Shown here: piece after piece, positions 48,354 through 52,864 of the stretch
How positions within the stretch are numbered: the stretch's first letter is position 1
How the letters are laid out: each line of letters begins with the position of its first letter
Assembly: GCA_032718475.1 (NCBI GenBank)
Contig: JAUCBJ010002743.1
Span: 1 to 52,864 of the forward strand
DNA from: Nemertoderma westbladi
Lineage: Eukaryota > Animalia > Xenacoelomorpha
Length of the DNA stretch: 52,864 nt
Direction of reading: 5' to 3'
Made by a program: the position numbers and the translations under genes
Notes under the pieces: model-generated
Seen by the model: the letters and a program-made list of their open reading frames with translations, nothing else
Database searches by the model: none
Told to the model about the DNA's origin: nothing

Positions 48354-51300
48354 ATGGAGAAACTTTTATTAGTTATTTGTTTTATTTTGGTTTTGCCGAA
48401 AGGTCAAACAGATGTGAATGAATTCATGTACTGCATATATCACTCTGGAGAGCCTGTGAAGCAAATATGTCATATCAATTTGGATGTCGAGGTGGTGTCA
48501 CCCATAAATACCTCAAAAGATGTCAAGTTGCTTGAATTCATATGCAATAGTGAACAGTTAATTGAAGATTTCGAGTCGCGAGTATTGCAGCATTACAATG
48601 CGGATAAACCTCTGAATGTTACAGAACTCAAGATTAGTGGATGCCGATTAAAGATCCTTACTAGATCGTCGCTACGCCGTTTCCATTTACTCACCTCACT
48701 GGATCTATCGAATGTCTTTGATACTGATAGCGACATATCCCTTGATTCGCTCGCAGATTTACCTCTATTAAAGACCCTGTGTATATCTAATCTGAGTGCG
48801 TTTCAATTGGCGCCTTTCTTGTCTAGTTCCAGTCTCAGGGAATTTGAGATGGATGACGTGTTTGTGACATCATCAGGGGTCGAACCCGGCCAACTATTAT
48901 ATAACGAAAATTTGCGCAAAATCGTTATAACACAAAGTCAGTTAACTAATACCGCTACAAAATTAGATATCAAAAGTTTTCCAAATATTACTCATTTTGA
49001 ACTTAATGAAGTAAATTCAATATTTAGTTACTCCAAAGACATGTTTGAAGGACTCATTGAAATAGAATCTTTAACTTTCAACGAGGTTCATGGGTTGTCT
49101 GTGTGGCCAACCATAAAACAACTGAAAAAGTTACATCAATTTACTATGATAAACTCAAAAATTAATGGCATTTCTGAAGCACCTTCTGAAGTGTATTTTG
49201 CGGACCTCACAGAACTAACTGAAGTTGTTATCAATGATATTGTTTCCGGAATTCCAGATAATCTTCCATTTATAAACTGCAATAATACAGACCTCCCTGT
49301 GAGTGTTACTGCAACGGGAAATCGATTATCAGTTTTCCCTGAAGGATTAGTTTATTGCACTGCATTATCTAGCCTTACACTCTCCCAAAACGAGATTCAG
49401 ACCATCCCACCAGATTTCTGTAATTCAGGATGTTCCGCCTTAAGAACTTTGGATCTTTCAAGAAACAAAATCGCATATATTCCAGACACATGCTTTACAA
49501 AATGTTCGCTCTTGAAACGCGTTACCATGTACAGTAACGAAATAGCATCTTTAGGAGAGCGTCCATTCTATAATCTTACAAATATTCAGGACATTGATTT
49601 TTCGACTAACATGCTAAGAAACTTAAGTGGGGAATTGTTTGCTAAATGCTGCGCAAAGAGCAATGAAAAAGTCATACATTTGGTTGAAAATCAATTCCAT
49701 TCAATTCCACACGACATTCTCAATTGGTTTGAAACCCCTGAGACTTTAAGCAAGGTCCGCATATATTTAGAAGGTAGTAAACGCGATATCAATTGCGATT
49801 GTCATTTGAGGTGGATGGGAGAATTTAATATAACAGCATGGAAAAGTACCTCATCCTGGGATGAAACTATTCGTGAATATCGTAATATTTTGTCCATTGA
49901 ATCTGTGTCTAAGAGCGGTATGCCTGTCATAGTTAACATAGATACTAATTGCACTGCCCCTTGGGACAATGAATCATATGATATTCGTTACATTCTAGAA
50001 CATCATGTTGATAGTCTTACGTGCAACATCGACGCATTGTGTCCGAGCGGCTGTAATTGTGTACAAGATGATGAAGTCCGCATTGCATGTAATGGGTTGG
50101 GTTTGAAGGAGTTACCAAGTGGTCTAACCGAACTGGTAACAGTACTAGATGTTTCTCAGAATGACTTTAAAAATCTGAGTATTATCAAAGGTTTAAGTGC
50201 ATTAAAATCTTTAAACATTTCTGATAACAACATTTCTGTGATTGGACCAGATGCTTTCCGTGAAGTATCAAATAGTTTGGAAGAAATCGATTTTCGAAGA
50301 AACAACCTCAAAGATCCAACCCAACTACTAGAACTGCGGAATTTACGATCTCTTTATTTATCCGGGAATCCTCTGCTGTGCCACTGCGAGTTTCTTTACT
50401 GGGTGGTTGACAATATAGGCGTTGTTGTCGACAGCAGTGAGAGTTTATGCGAAGGAGTCGATGGTTCGTTGTCGGATATTATGGATAATATTACGTTTTT
50501 GTGTTCAACTACAACAACTGCCATTTCGTCTACCACCTACAGGTTTATAACTACAGAGTGCCGTGCCTAGGGTTCTTATGGGGATGGGATCAAAATTTAT
50601 TAACATTTTAGTACGAAGATTTAGAAATATATAAAAAATTTCGATGAACGAGTACATTTAGTGGGGTGAAATAAACGTCGTGCTATATTGTAATAAAGTA
50701 TTATTTTTATTTTTATGTAATTCATAGGATAATTTTATTGCTTTGCGATTCTGAGTTATACATTGTGACTACCGGTTGAGTGGGGGGGGGGGGGGGGGGG
50801 GGGGGGGGTGCCCTCTCTGTGCCCACTGGCCCCTACAAAGACAACCCTCGGCACGCCACTCACATACTACTCTTTTAGGCAATCCACAACTACCACCAAG
50901 TATACACCAACTACAACATCTACGTCACCATCAACATCTATTACGTCTACTTCTTTGACATCGATGACAACAACAACGTCTATTATTACAACAAGCAAAA
51001 TCGACCCCGTTACCAAGGAGCCGTCCGGATTACAAGAGCAAACAATTTCTGATTCATTCTTAATTCCAATCCTAATAGCTGGAAGCGGGATTGTATTCCT
51101 CGTCGTCATAGCGATGATTGCCTTTTACGTCTACCGACGTCGACAAAGACATCGCAAATACATTAAAAGCGACGATGTTTACGACGTTGTCGTTAGTTAC
51201 GCTTCAAGTGACGGAAAATTTTTCGCGAAACCTATAATTTCTTATCTGAAGGATCAATCGTATGTTGTGTTTGTTAACGAGATAGACAATCTGGAAGATT

Positions 51301-51935
51301 CTATAGAATCAACCAATGTTATTGGCGGCAACGCGTGTTTATTATTGGTAGTGAGTGCGGCGTTTTTTGAATGTCTTTATAGGAATGTCACCCTGGGTGA
51401 TGTTTACAAACAATACCCGGAAGCAAAGAGGATTGTGATTGTTAAAACTGGGAAAATTAATAACGATGAAATAAGGACGTATTTCCAAGGTAAACAAATT
51501 AAATTATTTAATTGGAATGATAGTAAGTTTAGAGACGATCTAATTCGATTAATTCCACGTCGTGGCGTTAAAGTTGTGAAAGATATTAAGGCAGACAATG
51601 GTGATAGTAATGTCGATAGTAATGGTAAGGTAACCTCAGAGAAGCAGGCGGATATTGTGGACTCTCAGGTCTACACGAACCAGGCTTTCGATTCGTTTGA
51701 GGCGAATGGTGATCTCAGCCAGCTGCAGAACGGTAGACCCTCTTTGAATAGTAACGTACAGATTGGCAGAAGGTCAGTGGATGACACTGGCGTAGATCCA
51801 GTGACATTAATACGTTATAGTAAGATAGACAATGGGCAGGTGCAGGTCGTTATTGATGGTTTGGATAATGCTGGCTTTGATCACACACCTGAAGATGGTG
51901 ATGATAAAACATTTCACGGCTCTGATCCAGTTTGA
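48354..51935 (+). CDS. Toll-like receptor, multiple-cysteine-cluster type; predicted exons 48354-50542 and 50879-51935 (1081 aa)
   Basis: Signal peptide, LRRs (LRTLDLSRNKI), LRRCT (INCDCHLRW), LRRNT (CPSGCNC), further LRRs, second LRRCT (GNPLLCHC), Thr-rich stalk, TM, RRRQR, and a TIR-like domain starting YDVVVSYA. Confidence 0.85.
50556..50861. mobile_element. 306-bp TIR element inserted in the TLR stalk
   Basis: GAGTGCCGTGCCTAGGGTT ... AACCCTCGGCACGCCACTC (17 of 19 match), with ACA on both flanks. Confidence 0.8.
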
Positions 51936-52680
51936 TTCCATTTGTTTTATTTTATTTTTAAATTCCTATATGAATGAATATGCAATATACTTACCCGCCT
52001 ATGCATTTCAACGGTTTTTTATTAATTTTCATAAAATGGGTCTACCGTTGCTGGTTGCTATCTGCTGATCATCCTTCGTTTTGAACTTTCGATAAATAAG
52101 TGAGACATTAATTTCAATAATTAAGACTTTTTCAGAAACCAAAATATTTAATTGTAAATGTTTAACTTTATTTATGTGACTATCTGTAAAATATTCAACT
52201 TTTTGACATAACTCTCATTGCATTTTAGTTTCATTCCTCATATTTTATCCTCATATTATTATTTTTCACTATTTAGGTTTTTCAATAGTTAAAGTACATT
52301 TCGTATTTTTAATTTAACAGAGATGCATTTTATCATTTTATTTACATAATGGTGCGAAAAGTTGTAAATTATAGGATTTCACCACAAGTTGCCTTGTTTA
52401 CATCCAGAGTTCCTCCTATTTGCAATTCTGGAATAGATATTACATACATTTTTCAGTAATACATACTGTGGGTCCATGGCAATGGCAAAGGACCGAAAGT
52501 CAACAAACTTTTTTAGATTACGACTTATAGTCTCTGAGAATCGAATCCTTTCAATTGCTAACCCTGCGACTGTCACGTTACCACGTGACTACGAAACCAA
52601 CACAAGTTATCTTTTTACATTTAGCCATTCAAATTTTATTCAGCAATTAAAACTGCACTCCTTGCACCCGCGTGAAGCTA

Positions 52681-52815
52681 GGACAATTCCGACCCATGAA
52701 AATTTCATTCGATCTCTGAGTGCGTCGGAATTGTCCGGGTCGCAATTGTCCGGGTCGCAATTGTCCTGGTCGGAATTGTCCGGGTCGGAATTGTCCGGGT
52801 CGGAATTGTCCGTAC
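52681..52815. repeat. Six 15-bp repeats plus one inverted copy, likely a DNA-transposon terminus
   Basis: GTCG(G/C)AATTGTCC(G/T)G occurs six times from 52724. The reverse complement GGACAATTCCGAC is at 52681. Confidence 0.8.
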
Positions 52816-52864
52816 ACACACCCGCGTGTATGTAATATATACTAGACCATACCTTACATCGGTC

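Overview
AT-rich, repeat-dense eukaryotic (invertebrate-animal-like) genomic window, not prokaryotic. Host genes: an intact U2 snRNA; intronless INPP4-like, NUFIP1 and ELOVL1/7-like genes; a Toll-like receptor whose Thr-rich stalk is interrupted by a TIR element sitting inside a frame-restoring GT-AG pair; a multi-exon Ig-domain membrane protein; and a possible small secreted-protein gene or pseudogene. Mobile DNA: a 5'-truncated but open RTE-X-like LINE, a decayed RTE LINE, two decayed CRE-clade retrotransposon copies in a local duplication, a partial BEL/Pao-like element plus a related solo LTR, several tRNA-derived SINEs, and many MITE/foldback elements, often nested. The most notable signals are the apparent transposon-driven intron creation (or soluble/membrane switch) in the TLR, a similar frame-rescuing mini-intron candidate in the Ig gene, and intron-free versions of normally intron-rich genes. 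Family assignments come from remembered motifs, not database searches. Coordinates were counted by eye.
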